NCBI GenBank assembly: GCA_965215185.1
Contig: OZ244034.1
Span: 2,144,001 to 2,208,000, forward strand
DNA: 64,000 nucleotides
Direction of reading: 5' to 3'
Source of the DNA: Acidimicrobiia bacterium
GTDB lineage: Bacteria; Actinomycetota; Acidimicrobiia; Spongiisociales; ZC4RG35
Part shown: positions 1 to 10,185 of the stretch, in pieces
How the letters are laid out: each line of letters begins with the position of its first letter
Position numbering within the stretch: position 1 is the first letter of the stretch
Notes under the pieces: generated by a model
Told to the model about the DNA's origin: nothing
Seen by the model: the letters and a program-made list of their open reading frames with translations, nothing else
Databases searched by the model: none
Position numbers and translations under genes: made by a program

Positions 1-45
1 GCAGGGCGACCCCGGTTCGTGATGGCCCGACCGGCAGCCCGGTGA
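1..45 (+). CDS. prmC: C-terminal fragment of release-factor glutamine methyltransferase (partial, window edge)
   Basis: Frame 1 reads AGRPRFVMARPAAR*, like the PrmC C-terminal (D)LAGRxR motif. Its TGA overlaps the GTG of tsaC (GTGA); prmC-tsaC is the usual actinobacterial order. Confidence 0.65.
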   Translation, partial: AGRPRFVMARPAAR

Positions 46-599
46 ACTCTTCCCTGCTGGCGCAGGCCACCACCCTCTTGGAGGAGGGCAAAGTAGTGGG
101 GGTGCCCACCGACACCGTTTACGGGCTTGCCGCCCATCATTGGGCACAAGAGGAACTCTTCCGGCTAAAGAGCCGCCCGGCCGGCAAGCCAATACCCGTG
201 TTGGTTGGTTCTGTGGCCGATGCCCTCGAGTTGGCTGTCTTTCCCGCCCTCGCCCGGGAGTTGGCCGAAGCCCACTGGCCTGGGCCCCTCACCCTGGTGC
301 TGGCTGTGGAAAAACCTGACGGGAACCAGGGCGGAAACACCGTCGGCCTTCGGATGCCCGATCATCCCCTCACCCTGGATTTGCTGAACCTGTGCGGACC
401 GCTGGCGGTTACATCCGCCAACCGCTCAGGGGACGCGCCAGCCCGATCCGATCGGGAAGCTCAGGAAATCTTTGGCGCCCAGGTCGGGCTCTATCTACCG
501 GGGGTCTGCCCGGGAGGGGTCGCTTCCACCGTAATCGAATTGCTGCCCAGTCTGCCGCCGAGAGCGCTCCGCGCCGGCCCCGTCACCCTGAATCACTAA
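42..599 (+). CDS. tsaC: L-threonylcarbamoyladenylate synthase (Sua5/YrdC/TsaC)
   Basis: Motifs PTDTVYGL, LKSRP..KP, WPGPLT, VGLRMP, TSANRSG. Confidence 0.95.
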   Translation: MNSSLLAQATTLLEEGKVVGVPTDTVYGLAAHHWAQEELFRLKSRPAGKPIPVLVGSVADALELAVFPALARELAEAHWPGPLTLVLAVEKPDGNQGGNTVGLRMPDHPLTLDLLNLCGPLAVTSANRSGDAPARSDREAQEIFGAQVGLYLPGVCPGGVASTVIELLPSLPPRALRAGPVTLNH

Positions 600-793
600 A
601 AAGCGAGGCGGATTGCTCCGCTGTTTGAACCGGTTTGCAATTGATAAAATGGGTTCAGCTTGAAAACGGCGCCAGTGACGAGTGTCCCAGTGCATATGGC
701 CACCCCGCCCACCCCCCGCGATCGGGCGATCCGCGGCCGAAAGAAACTGTGGCTGGATGTGGGTGAAGACACTCGGAGCAATAGAGGTCACTG

Positions 794-1819
794 ATGGACG
801 CCGGGCTCACTCTGTTGGCGCACTTGGTACCGAGACTGACCAGCCAGGTAGAGGATGCGGCTACTGAGGCATTGGCATTCATCCTCAACAACTCGGCGGC
901 TTGTCGCCGGGCCTTGGGCCGCCTTCTTCAGGGTGGAGACTTCGAGCCTAAAACAATCTGCTGGGTCGGAACACAGATCACTTATGAAGATGGGTCCCGC
1001 CCTGACGTGGTTGGCTACGACAAAAACGGCGCCCCGCGAGTGCTCGTCGAGGCCAAGTTTTGGGCCGGGCTCACCGACAGACAGCCAAACGCCTACCTGG
1101 CGAACTTACCGCCGGACGGCCCGGCTATTTTGCTTTTCATCGTCCCCACTGTCCGCCTCGAGTCGCTTTGGTCCGAGGTGAGCCGACGGGCAGCCGAGGA
1201 GTATATGCTGGTGCCGAACTCGGGATCCGGTAACCTGCGAAGAGCGGCAATCGAAGACAGCAAACGTCACCTGATGATGACCGGTTGGCGCTACATCCTC
1301 GGCACCTTGCATGAGGCCGCAGTTTCGGGAGGCGAAAAGGAAACGGAGTTCGAAATAGCTCAACTGCAAGGATTGGCTGACAACATGGAGATGGATACGG
1401 ACGCCTTCCTGCCTTTGAATGCGGGAGAGCTGGAACCGGATATCCCGCGCCGGATGCTGGCGCTCATGCGGCTGGTGGATGAATCGGTCGAACGGGTTCA
1501 GGCCAAGGGATCGGTGTCGGGTCTACGCGACTACGTGCCCTCGGGGGGTGGCTACGGGAAAAGTTTTCACCTCAACGGCGTGCAAGTGTAGTTTGGAATC
1601 TATCTGAGACAGTGGGCTCAGCATGAAACATCGCCGCTGTGGGTGTGGCCCTGGCAGAAAAAGGACCGCTACTTGTTGCGTAACAACCATATCAGGAACC
1701 CCGACGGCAATCACTTTCCGGTGGTCCTGCCCCTCGACGCCGACTACGACGCTGTCCTGGAAGAGACCGTGTCCCAAATCGAAGAGATGGGCCGTTTGTT
1801 CGAAAAGCACGCGGAGTGA
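794..1819 (+). pseudogene. PD-(D/E)XK nuclease-like protein interrupted by an in-frame TAG at 1589-1591
   Basis: RPDVVG...VLVEAKF nuclease-type motif. After the TAG the same frame continues FGIYLRQWAQHETSPLWVW... to TGA at 1817-1819 (341 codons in total). Confidence 0.65.
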
Positions 1820-1826
1820 AACCGGG

Positions 1827-3458
1827 TTAGGAAGGGCGGAGAGCCCGCCGCATGATCTTGCCGGTGGTAGTTCGGGGTAATTCGTCCAGGAAAGTGACCT
1901 GGCTGGGAGTTTCGTGAGCAGCCAGCCGGGTTCGGACATGGCTCTGAAGCTCGGAGGCGAGTTGCTCCGAAGGCTCGAAACCGGGCCGCAGCACCACGAA
2001 GGCGGCGGGTACGTGACCGCGGATTTCATCGGGGACCCCCACCACCGCACACATCGCCACCGCCGGGTGGGTCATCAGGCTCTCCTCGATCTCCCCGGGT
2101 CCTATCCGGTATCCCCGAGAAGTGATCACGTCATCCTTACGGCTGCGAAACCACAGGTAACCATCGGAATCCTCGATGCCCAGATCGCCGGTGAGCAGCC
2201 AACCCTCGCGATACTTTTCGGCTGTCGCATCGGGCCGATTCCAGTAGCCGAGCATCATCACCGGATCGGGGGATCGAACACAGATCTCCCCCTCCCGGTC
2301 GATCAGGCGGTTCCCCTGTTCGTCTTGGATCTCCACCTCGTGTCCCGGGAGGGCCCGGCCCATCGATCCGGGCCTGACCGGCCAAACGGAGGCGCAGTTG
2401 CCTATCACCAGATTGGCCTCGGTCTGTCCGTAACCCTCGTTTATGTGACATCCCAGCGTCTGCTCCGACCACTCCAACATCTCCGCTCCCAGGAGCTCGC
2501 CCCCAGTGAATATCGCCCGCAGTGACAGATCGGAACGGGTTGCCCCCGAGGCCCGCATCATCTTCAAAGCAGTGGGCGGCAGGAAAGCCAGGGTCACCCG
2601 ATGCTCGGCCATCAGGTCAAAAGCGGCGCAGGGATCGAACCTCTCTTTGTCGGAGGTGACAACCGGTATGCCGTAATACCAGGCGGGGATCAAGGCGTCC
2701 ATCAGACCCCCCAGCCAGGCCCAATCGGCGGGGGTCCACATGATGTCGTTCGGCTCGGGAGGAAAATCGTAGTAACACTTGAAGCCGGTGAGATGCCCGA
2801 ACAGGGAACGGTGGGCATGAAGCGCCCCCTTGGGCTGTCCGGTTGTACCCGAGGTGTAGATCAGATAGGCGGGATCCTCCGCCCGAGTGTCGAGAGGGTC
2901 CTCCAAGGCCGGGCCGGAACAGAGCGCATCGAAGTCGGGACCAATCTCGATGATCGGCAAGTGGGGCGCCGCTTCCCGCAGTTTGGAGCGGTTATCGGGG
3001 TGGACAATGGCTGCTTTGGCGCCCGAATCAGAAAGGCGATAGGAGATTGCGTCGGGTCCGAACAGGGAGGCCAGCGGCAATGAAATCGCTCCCAGCTTCC
3101 ACAAAGCAAGATGAGCCAAACCCACCTCCAGCGATTGGGGAGCGACGATGACAACCCGATCGCCTGGTCCGATCCCTTGCCGGGCCAGACCTTCGGCCAA
3201 GCACGCCGAACGACCCGCCAAATCCCCGAACGTGTGCCTGGCAACCGCTCCCGACCCGTCCACGGCAACCAACGCGGTGGCCTCCGGTTCCTGCTGGTCC
3301 GCGCAAGCCACGCCCAGATTGAACCTTTCGGGAATATTCCACCTGAACCTGTCCCGCAGAGTTTCATAGGTCATGCCCTGGTGGGGAATCAGCAACCGTC
3401 GGGTGGCTGGATTCACCGGGGAACCTCCCCTATGTTGTTCTCCATCCACACCGGTCAC
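1827..3458 (-). CDS. acyl-CoA synthetase / AMP-binding enzyme (true start possibly near 3374-3416)
   Basis: YTSGTTGQPKG AMP-binding loop, YGQTE, TGDLG, LPRTTTGKI. Confidence 0.92.
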   Translation of the reverse strand: MTGVDGEQHRGGSPVNPATRRLLIPHQGMTYETLRDRFRWNIPERFNLGVACADQQEPEATALVAVDGSGAVARHTFGDLAGRSACLAEGLARQGIGPGDRVVIVAPQSLEVGLAHLALWKLGAISLPLASLFGPDAISYRLSDSGAKAAIVHPDNRSKLREAAPHLPIIEIGPDFDALCSGPALEDPLDTRAEDPAYLIYTSGTTGQPKGALHAHRSLFGHLTGFKCYYDFPPEPNDIMWTPADWAWLGGLMDALIPAWYYGIPVVTSDKERFDPCAAFDLMAEHRVTLAFLPPTALKMMRASGATRSDLSLRAIFTGGELLGAEMLEWSEQTLGCHINEGYGQTEANLVIGNCASVWPVRPGSMGRALPGHEVEIQDEQGNRLIDREGEICVRSPDPVMMLGYWNRPDATAEKYREGWLLTGDLGIEDSDGYLWFRSRKDDVITSRGYRIGPGEIEESLMTHPAVAMCAVVGVPDEIRGHVPAAFVVLRPGFEPSEQLASELQSHVRTRLAAHETPSQVTFLDELPRTTTGKIMRRALRPS

Positions 3459-3467
3459 ATCCCCAAG

Positions 3468-4199
3468 TCAAGAGCCGCCCTCGCCCGCGGCCAGACGAAC
3501 CGCCTTCACCAACTTCACCGGCCTCCCTTCCAAACTGTGGTCTCCCGCCTGCTCGATCCGAAAGCCCTGCTCAATGAGCAGATCGCCCAGCCGATCGGTA
3601 TCGACTTCGTGGAAGAACCCGGACTTTGCGTGCCGGCTGCGGTTGTAGGAGGCATGCCGCGGATGAGTGGGGTCACTGAACTGCTCATCCAAGAGCAACA
3701 GGCGCCCTCCCGGGCGGATAATCCGCGCCAATTCGGCGCAGGCCTGGCGATCATCACCCCAGTGGTGCACACAGTTGATTGACCACGCGCCATCAACTGA
3801 CGCTTCGTCGACAGGTATCTCCTCGGCTTTTCCTTTTAGGACGACTATGCGCCCTATGTCACCGCCCATTCTCTGTCTGAGTCTCAAGATCCCTCTCATC
3901 AGAGGTGACGGATCAACCGCCAAGACTTGACCCTCGCCAACCCGCCTGGCGGCTGCCAACACCGCCGGCCCCATGCCTGCTCCCACATCGAGCATTGTCT
4001 CTCCCTCGGAAGGGTCGATCAGCCCCACCACCGCATCGTTGATGGGAGACCTCCACAGTTGGGGGGTGTGTTTCAGATAGTTGAGTTGGCGCCACCAACC
4101 CTCTTTATGATGACCGTGGGCATGTCCCTGATCGTGGTGGGAGTGATGGTCGGACTGATTGTGGTCGTTTTGTTCTGGGGTGTTCTGATCAGCTTCCAT
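3468..4199 (-). CDS. class I SAM-dependent methyltransferase with His-rich N-terminus
   Basis: LDVGAGMG motif I, AEEIP, HHW, RIIRPGG. Confidence 0.88.
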   Translation of the reverse strand: MEADQNTPEQNDHNQSDHHSHHDQGHAHGHHKEGWWRQLNYLKHTPQLWRSPINDAVVGLIDPSEGETMLDVGAGMGPAVLAAARRVGEGQVLAVDPSPLMRGILRLRQRMGGDIGRIVVLKGKAEEIPVDEASVDGAWSINCVHHWGDDRQACAELARIIRPGGRLLLLDEQFSDPTHPRHASYNRSRHAKSGFFHEVDTDRLGDLLIEQGFRIEQAGDHSLEGRPVKLVKAVRLAAGEGGS

Positions 4200-4238
4200 A
4201 TCTTCTTCTTATCACATATCTGTCGTCAGGGCCGATAA

Positions 4239-5543
4239 TCACAGTTCGGCCAATGTTTCGGCTGCCGCCGCCAACGCGGCTTCCATGTCCTCGACGGTGT
4301 GGGCCGCAGATAGATACCACAGCCCTCTTCCAATGAGCCTTATTCCCCGACGGTGCATGCCCGCCACGAATCGCCCGTATTTGGCAGTGTCGTAGGAAAG
4401 GGTATCGCGATAATCCCTGATCTGCTCGGCGGAAGTGAAACCGGCATGGAACATAGGTCCGGGGCCTTCCACCCGCATGGGGTGCCCCGCCTCGGAGGAA
4501 ATACCACGGAGCCTTTCAACAAATTCGGCGCCCAGCCGGAAGAGACGATCGTGGACCTGTTGCTTCTCCAGAATCTCCAGGGTCGCCACCGCCGCCGCCA
4601 CTGTGGGGTTGGATGAGTTCATGGTCCCGGCGTGCAAGGCCGTTCCCTTCACCACGTGCTCCATAACCTCCGCCCTCCCCGCCAAAGCGCTGATCGGATA
4701 CCCGTTGGCCATGGCCTTGCCAAAAGTTGCCAGGTCGGGAACCACTCCAAAGTATCCCTGCGCCCCGGACATTCCCAGCCGGAACCCGGTGATCACCTCA
4801 TCGAAGATCAGCACGGCTCCATAGAAGGAACAGAGCGAACGAAGACCCTCCAGGAATCCCTCGGTGGGCAGGATGCAACCGCTGTTGCACATGACGGGCT
4901 CAGTTATCACCGCCGCGATCCCCTCGGAGTCGGACGCCAGCACTCTCTCTACGGCATCCAGATCGTTCCAGCACGCAGTGGTTACTTCGGCGTCCGAAGA
5001 GGAAGGGCGACCCTGAGTCCAGGGCACCGGCCGGGGTCGGAGCCGGGATCCCAATGCGTCGGCCGACGGCGCTGAGACACTCACCGCCACATTGTCGAAC
5101 CAGCCGTGGTAGTGACCCTCGAACTTCAGAAAGCGGGTTCTTCCGGTATGCACCCGGGCGGCCCGCAGGGCAGCGTGGACGGCTTCTGAGCCGCTCAGGC
5201 TGAACCGCACCAAGTCTGCACAGGGAACCACCCGCTGCAGCGTCTCCGCCAACTCCAATTCCGCCAGGTGTTGACCAGCAAAGATCTGACCGGAAGCGGT
5301 CGCCCTCGCCACCGCTTCCACCACCTCGGGTCGGGAGTGGCCGAGGATGAGCGGACCTTGGCTGAGCGTGAAATCCAGGTAGGTATTGCCATCAACATCG
5401 GTGATCCGGCTCCCCTCTCCCGACTCGTAAAACAGTGGATGGGGGTATTCATACGAGCGGAACTGACTGGAAACCCCTCCAGCCAAAGCTTTCTGCGCCC
5501 GTTGATATAGCTCTGCAGATTTTCGATGTTCCATCTTAGCCAA
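4239..5543 (-). CDS. class III PLP aminotransferase (glutamate-1-semialdehyde aminomutase-like)
   Basis: SGSEA, FEGHYHG, LIFDEVITGFR, ATFGKAMANG (PLP Lys), HAGT. Confidence 0.9.
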   Translation of the reverse strand: MAKMEHRKSAELYQRAQKALAGGVSSQFRSYEYPHPLFYESGEGSRITDVDGNTYLDFTLSQGPLILGHSRPEVVEAVARATASGQIFAGQHLAELELAETLQRVVPCADLVRFSLSGSEAVHAALRAARVHTGRTRFLKFEGHYHGWFDNVAVSVSAPSADALGSRLRPRPVPWTQGRPSSSDAEVTTACWNDLDAVERVLASDSEGIAAVITEPVMCNSGCILPTEGFLEGLRSLCSFYGAVLIFDEVITGFRLGMSGAQGYFGVVPDLATFGKAMANGYPISALAGRAEVMEHVVKGTALHAGTMNSSNPTVAAAVATLEILEKQQVHDRLFRLGAEFVERLRGISSEAGHPMRVEGPGPMFHAGFTSAEQIRDYRDTLSYDTAKYGRFVAGMHRRGIRLIGRGLWYLSAAHTVEDMEAALAAAAETLAEL

Positions 5544-5576
5544 ATCTTACGACCAAATACCGACCAGTGGGATGGA

Positions 5577-6851
5577 TCATCCCGACACCAACCACAGGTC
5601 TCCAACATTCGTCCCGGTGGGCCCGGTGTTCACCACGTCACCGCAGGCCGCCAGATACGAGGAGGAGTCGTAACGCCGCAGATAATCCCACCGCTGCAGG
5701 CCGACGGCTCGGCCCCGCTCCACCGTCTGAGCGTCCACCAGGCCTCCAGCCGCTTCACTCGCCCCATCGATCCCATCGGTGGCGAAACCCCCGAAAACAC
5801 CCCTTCCTCGCTCGTTCAGCCATCCGGCGGCCACCAGAGCGGCATGTTGGTTACGGCCGCCCCGGCCCGCAGAAGCCATGTCGACCCTCACCGTCGTCTC
5901 GCCCCAATACACATCCACCAAATCCGGAACCGACCTCGCCACCACCAACCGAGCCGCTTCTTCCGCCTCGCCAACCACCGGGGCTGTGACTATGCGCGCC
6001 GCTAGACCCTGAGCCTCCAACTCGCCATGGGCGGCGCCTGCCGCACCCAAACCATCGGCGATCACCGCGAACGGGTCCCTGCCGGGCTTTTTGGTGGAAG
6101 ATGACAAGCCCCCGAGGTACTCCACCACTGCAGGTGGGATTCTGGGCATCAGTTGGTAGTCGGTCAGCACCGCCCGGGCATCGCCGGGGGTGGTGTCATC
6201 GGCCAGGGTGGGCCCGGAAGCGATGGCGGCGGCGGGTCCATCCACCACATCGGAGATCAGCAGAGATGCCACGGGTCGCTCACCGGCCACTTTCGCGATT
6301 CCCCCGTTCTTGACCGAAGACAACTGCCTGCGCACTGTGTTCATCTCCGCGATGGGAACCCCGCCGGTGACCAGCGCCCGACCCACCATTTCCAGATCTT
6401 CGAAGGTGATCCCCGGGGCGGGGACCTCCACAAGAGACGATCCCCCTCCCGACACCAGCACCAGCAGCAACTCGTCGGGATGCCCCTCGGCCGCCACCTG
6501 CAGTGCAGCCCGACCCGCCGCCAAACTGGCCCGGCCCGGATAGGGGTGATCACCGACCATCACCCCGATGCGAGGATGAGGAGCAGGTCGGTGGTGATCG
6601 GCGATGATCAAGCCGGACACCACCCGAGAACCGAGGGCCGCCACCGCCCCGGCGGCCATCCCGTGAGCCCCCTTCCCCACCGCCAACACTCGCACTCCAC
6701 CTCTTGTTTCGACACTTTCTCCCCCCACCTGCAGGCGATCTCCTGTTTCTGACAGGTACCTATGGGTGACGAAGTATGGATCCACCGATCGAAGGGCCGC
6801 CCGGTAGCTGGCCAGAAAAGCCGCCCTGATGGACTGAGTCGCCAACGTCAA
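5577..6851 (-). CDS. glycerate 2-kinase / hydroxypyruvate reductase (MOFRL, TtuD family)
   Basis: AVGKGA, SGGGSSL, ISDVV, ASGPT, GGRNQH, TDGIDG, TGPTGTNVGD. Confidence 0.92.
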   Translation of the reverse strand: MTLATQSIRAAFLASYRAALRSVDPYFVTHRYLSETGDRLQVGGESVETRGGVRVLAVGKGAHGMAAGAVAALGSRVVSGLIIADHHRPAPHPRIGVMVGDHPYPGRASLAAGRAALQVAAEGHPDELLLVLVSGGGSSLVEVPAPGITFEDLEMVGRALVTGGVPIAEMNTVRRQLSSVKNGGIAKVAGERPVASLLISDVVDGPAAAIASGPTLADDTTPGDARAVLTDYQLMPRIPPAVVEYLGGLSSSTKKPGRDPFAVIADGLGAAGAAHGELEAQGLAARIVTAPVVGEAEEAARLVVARSVPDLVDVYWGETTVRVDMASAGRGGRNQHAALVAAGWLNERGRGVFGGFATDGIDGASEAAGGLVDAQTVERGRAVGLQRWDYLRRYDSSSYLAACGDVVNTGPTGTNVGDLWLVSG

Positions 6852-7576
6852 GGTTTGACGATTTTGAAGGCCTCCGCCGCTTCCAAACCGACCGGATCAC
6901 CCGCTTCAAAGGCCCGTTGGGTGATCTTGGCCGAGAACCGCTCACGGTGGGCGGCAGAGACCGTGGCATCGTCCATGGTGGTCTCGGTCTGGCTGGAGTG
7001 ACACAGCAACGCCGCAATCTTTTTATCAACGAACCCGATTATATCTTCACGGTGGTCGGGCTGGTCGGTACCCCAGTAGAGAATGGCATCGGGTCGGTGT
7101 TTGCCCATCCCTTCAGCTAGTTGGTCCGGATAGAAGAGATGATCCCGGGCCGCCACCACCCCGTCACTGGCGGCTATCCCAGTCACTCGGTGGTCGGGGT
7201 GCAGCAGATAACGCCTCCACGGATCATGGGTGAGAATCACATTGGGACGCAGTGTTCTGATCCACCAGCACAGCGTCTCCCGAAGCTGCATGGAGTATTC
7301 CAGTTCTCCGTCTACCCGGCCCAGCATCACCACCTCGCCAGTGACGCCCAGCACCGAAGCCGAGCGCAGCTGCTCGGTTCGGCGAACCTCGATCAACTCG
7401 GCGGGATTGGTGTGGGGATCCCAACTTCCCTTCGACCCGTCGGTCATCACCAGCATCGACGCTTCGCACCCTCCTGCTGACCACTTGGAAAGCACCCCTC
7501 CCGCTCCGAACTCAGCGTCATCGGGGTGGGCTCCAATCGTCAGCGCCCGCTCGGGAGTCGGCAACTGCTCACTCAC
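6848..7576 (-). CDS. PIG-L/LmbE family deacetylase
   Basis: AHPDDAE and HPDH motifs, CHSSQ. Confidence 0.92.
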   Translation of the reverse strand: MSEQLPTPERALTIGAHPDDAEFGAGGVLSKWSAGGCEASMLVMTDGSKGSWDPHTNPAELIEVRRTEQLRSASVLGVTGEVVMLGRVDGELEYSMQLRETLCWWIRTLRPNVILTHDPWRRYLLHPDHRVTGIAASDGVVAARDHLFYPDQLAEGMGKHRPDAILYWGTDQPDHREDIIGFVDKKIAALLCHSSQTETTMDDATVSAAHRERFSAKITQRAFEAGDPVGLEAAEAFKIVKP

Positions 7577-7704
7577 CTTCGATCCTTCCTCCTTCTTGTC
7601 GTCCGGTTTCGGGGGACCGGCCTACAGACGAGCACGGTTGCAAGCCTGGAATCCCGTCAGCACTTGAGGAGTTGACGAAACCGATGGCCTTCGCTCATCA
7701 CAGC

Positions 7705-8346
7705 CTACTTATCCAAGTCCATCTGAGTCTTGAGCATCTCCGCCTCCGATATCGAGCCCGCCAACCACCGGCCCCGGGGATGGGACAGAGCAGCTCGAAG
7801 GTCGGAAGGGCGGTCGAGATCCAATGCCAGACCGGGACGAAAAATGATCCGCGGAGAGCGGCGTCGCAGCGCAGATAGGTGGCGATGGAAACTCCCCTTT
7901 CCGTAGGCGAACCCAAAGCCAGAATCAACGGGGCCACCTATCAGGGAAGTGCCCCCGTCCGAGGAAGGCGCCAGCACCCATCCCCCAGAGCGGACGGTCT
8001 CTATGGCGACTCGAAGGTCAGCCGCCGATAAAAGGGGCAGATCGGCGTGGACGATCATCCAACCCATTTTCAGTCGCCCGGCAACGGAAACCGCCCCGGC
8101 CGCGGCCTGGTTCAGAGAGGGCTTTTGGTCCAAAATTGCCTCCCAGCCATGTGCTGCCGCCCAGTCCATCACCACCTGGTCGGCGGCCAACGCCAACGGT
8201 TGGGCTTCCGCTTCGACAATGGCGGCCATTACCTTGGCGGCCATTTCCAGACTCAGTCTCCGCCGGGTCTGGGGAGCCAGCACCGAAGCCAGCCGGGATT
8301 TGGGCGAGATCGCATGCCTTGCGGGAACTGCCGCCAAGACCTCCAT
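7705..8346 (-). CDS. cofC: 2-phospho-L-lactate/phosphoenolpyruvate guanylyltransferase (F420 biosynthesis)
   Basis: PKSRLASVL, ADLPLL, DGGT, FAYGKGSFHRH, LDLDRPSDL; ATG at 8346. Confidence 0.85.
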   Translation of the reverse strand: MEVLAAVPARHAISPKSRLASVLAPQTRRRLSLEMAAKVMAAIVEAEAQPLALAADQVVMDWAAAHGWEAILDQKPSLNQAAAGAVSVAGRLKMGWMIVHADLPLLSAADLRVAIETVRSGGWVLAPSSDGGTSLIGGPVDSGFGFAYGKGSFHRHLSALRRRSPRIIFRPGLALDLDRPSDLRAALSHPRGRWLAGSISEAEMLKTQMDLDK

Positions 8347-8356
8347 AGCCAGAGCG

Positions 8357-8806
8357 TTAGGTGGGGTCGATGGAAAGTCCGGCCATGACCTCTTCCAGGG
8401 TGTAACCGACCCACACATCCTCTTCCCACTGGGCTAGTTGGATAAGCACGCCGTTGGTGGTGCGTGGATGCAGAAAAGCTTCGCTCCAATGCTCGCTGAA
8501 GTGAAGTCCGGTGACCCCGAATCCTCTCTCTTCAGCTTTCCGCACCGCCTCGGACAGGTCCTCCACCTGGAAAGTGAGATGATGCAGACCCTCCCCCCGC
8601 TGCTCCAGGAATCTGTGGAGAAACCCCTGCTCCCCGAGCGGGGACATTATTTCCAACATCCCTTGGGGAAGCCGGAACTGTACCCATCGAAAGGCATTGC
8701 GAGGATGGTCGGCGCCCTGATAGAAACAGCCCCCCAACAATTCCACCAGAGGAAGGGCGCTTTGGATATCACGCACCGCCCAGGAGACGTGGTCAAACCG
8801 TTTCAC
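8357..8806 (-). CDS. VOC family protein (methylmalonyl-CoA epimerase-like)
   Basis: FDHVSWAV, FLEQRGEGLHHLTFQVEDL, FLHPRTTNGVLIQL; GTG at 8806. Confidence 0.85.
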   Translation of the reverse strand: MKRFDHVSWAVRDIQSALPLVELLGGCFYQGADHPRNAFRWVQFRLPQGMLEIMSPLGEQGFLHRFLEQRGEGLHHLTFQVEDLSEAVRKAEERGFGVTGLHFSEHWSEAFLHPRTTNGVLIQLAQWEEDVWVGYTLEEVMAGLSIDPT

Positions 8807-8907
8807 TATCCCACCCAAGCCCAAAGACGCCCCAACGTTCATAGCCGAAAGAGGCTACCAGCCAAGCCTTGGGCCCCAAATGAGGCGAAGGCGCACCTGC
8901 CCCCGCT

Positions 8908-10083
8908 TCACCCGCCCGCCGGCGCCCACCACTGGGAGAGAACCTCCCGGAAAGCTTGAGTCGGAACCAGCACCTGGGCGCCGGCGGGCGTACGGTAGTC
9001 CTCCACCGAGACATTTAGTTGGGCCACCTGGGAAGGAGCCATCTCGCGGTAACGCAATGCCCAGTCCACCGCCTCGCTCACCGACCATCCCTGGTCCAGT
9101 CGAAGAGTATGGGAAAGGTCCTGGAGGGCCAAGAGCAGGTCGACGCGAGAAGAGTCTCGCAAACCTCCGGCGAGCTTCAGCAGCAACTCGCGCTGATGTC
9201 TCTGGCGAGCAAAGTCAGATCCCCAGGCCCGCTGCCACTCCCCATCCACCAGTTGTTCGGCATTTCGGGACCGAGCGTAAGCCAAAGCGGTCGCTCCATC
9301 CGAGTAACAGCCGGGCTCGGCGATGTCCAACATGGCCTTCTCATCGCGAGTGGGGTACTCGAAACAAATGTCGACACCCCCCAAACCGTTTACCAATTCC
9401 ACGAAACCCTCGAAGTCAATCCTCGCGAAGTGATCGACAGCAACGCCAGTGAAATCCTCAATGGTCAGAGCCAGAAGTTCGGGGCCATTGGCGTAACCGG
9501 TACAACCTCCCAGGTTGGCGTTTACCCGTCGATAATCCTCGGAACAGAAATTGTATAAATAAAGGTCGCGAGGAATCGACACCATCGCCGGCGGCGCTCC
9601 TCCTTCGGGAAAGAGAGCCAAAATGATGCTGTCAGCCAGGTAACCGGTGGCGTCCGCTCCCATCAACAGCACGGTGTCGAACATGCGGTCTGGCAACTTG
9701 GTCGGGCTGCGTGCGTAGGCTACCGGCGCGGCCTCCTCCGGCTCCTCCTCAACTTCCTCCGCCAATTCTAGCGTGGGTTTGTCAACAGGTTCCAACGGAG
9801 CCTCATCACCTGGCGTCACCTCTTCCGATGGTGGATCTTCGACCGTTTCGGCTTCCTGACTGGCTATCTCCTCTGCACCCGCCTCTACCTCAGCCGGGGT
9901 TCGCTCTTCCAAAGCAACACTGGCAGCAGGCGGCGAAAACGGAATATCAGCGGCAGACTTGAACCCCAGATACAAACGCAAACCCACTAGCGACAATCCC
10001 ACCACAAACACCGCCAATACCGCCAACCAGATACGTCGTTGGGTTCTGCGGCGTTTTTGTCTGAGCGCTGCTCTGGTGGTCAA
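8908..10083 (-). CDS. LCP (LytR-CpsA-Psr) family protein, copy 1
   Basis: Basic N-terminus plus TM helix, acidic linker, SIPRDLY, IDFEGFVELVNGLGGV, ALAYARSR, SDFARQ. Confidence 0.92.
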   Translation of the reverse strand: MTTRAALRQKRRRTQRRIWLAVLAVFVVGLSLVGLRLYLGFKSAADIPFSPPAASVALEERTPAEVEAGAEEIASQEAETVEDPPSEEVTPGDEAPLEPVDKPTLELAEEVEEEPEEAAPVAYARSPTKLPDRMFDTVLLMGADATGYLADSIILALFPEGGAPPAMVSIPRDLYLYNFCSEDYRRVNANLGGCTGYANGPELLALTIEDFTGVAVDHFARIDFEGFVELVNGLGGVDICFEYPTRDEKAMLDIAEPGCYSDGATALAYARSRNAEQLVDGEWQRAWGSDFARQRHQRELLLKLAGGLRDSSRVDLLLALQDLSHTLRLDQGWSVSEAVDWALRYREMAPSQVAQLNVSVEDYRTPAGAQVLVPTQAFREVLSQWWAPAGG

Positions 10084-10161
10084 ATGGATATTCCCTACGC
10101 AATGAATAGGGCCTTCACGCCCATAAGGGAAGGAGGCTAACAGCCATTTGGACTCTTAAAG

Positions 10162-10180
10162 GCCGGTGGTTTCCACCGGC
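10162..10180 (-). terminator. GC-rich hairpin after LCP copy 2
   Basis: gccggtgg-ttt-ccaccggc just after the stop at 10186, followed by a short T run on the minus strand. Confidence 0.5.
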
Positions 10181-10185
10181 GGGCC

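Noticed and set aside
1589-1591. TAG recoding (pyrrolysine or an alternative genetic code)
   Set aside because: TAG terminates many intact genes here (for example at 21197, 24128, 27771 and 29778), and there are no pyl genes in the window. A TGG-to-TAG change is the simpler explanation.
4239-5543. Calling this gene hemL
   Set aside because: It lacks the typical PGGVNSPVR N-terminal motif and has no hem neighbours, so I left it as a GSA-like aminotransferase.
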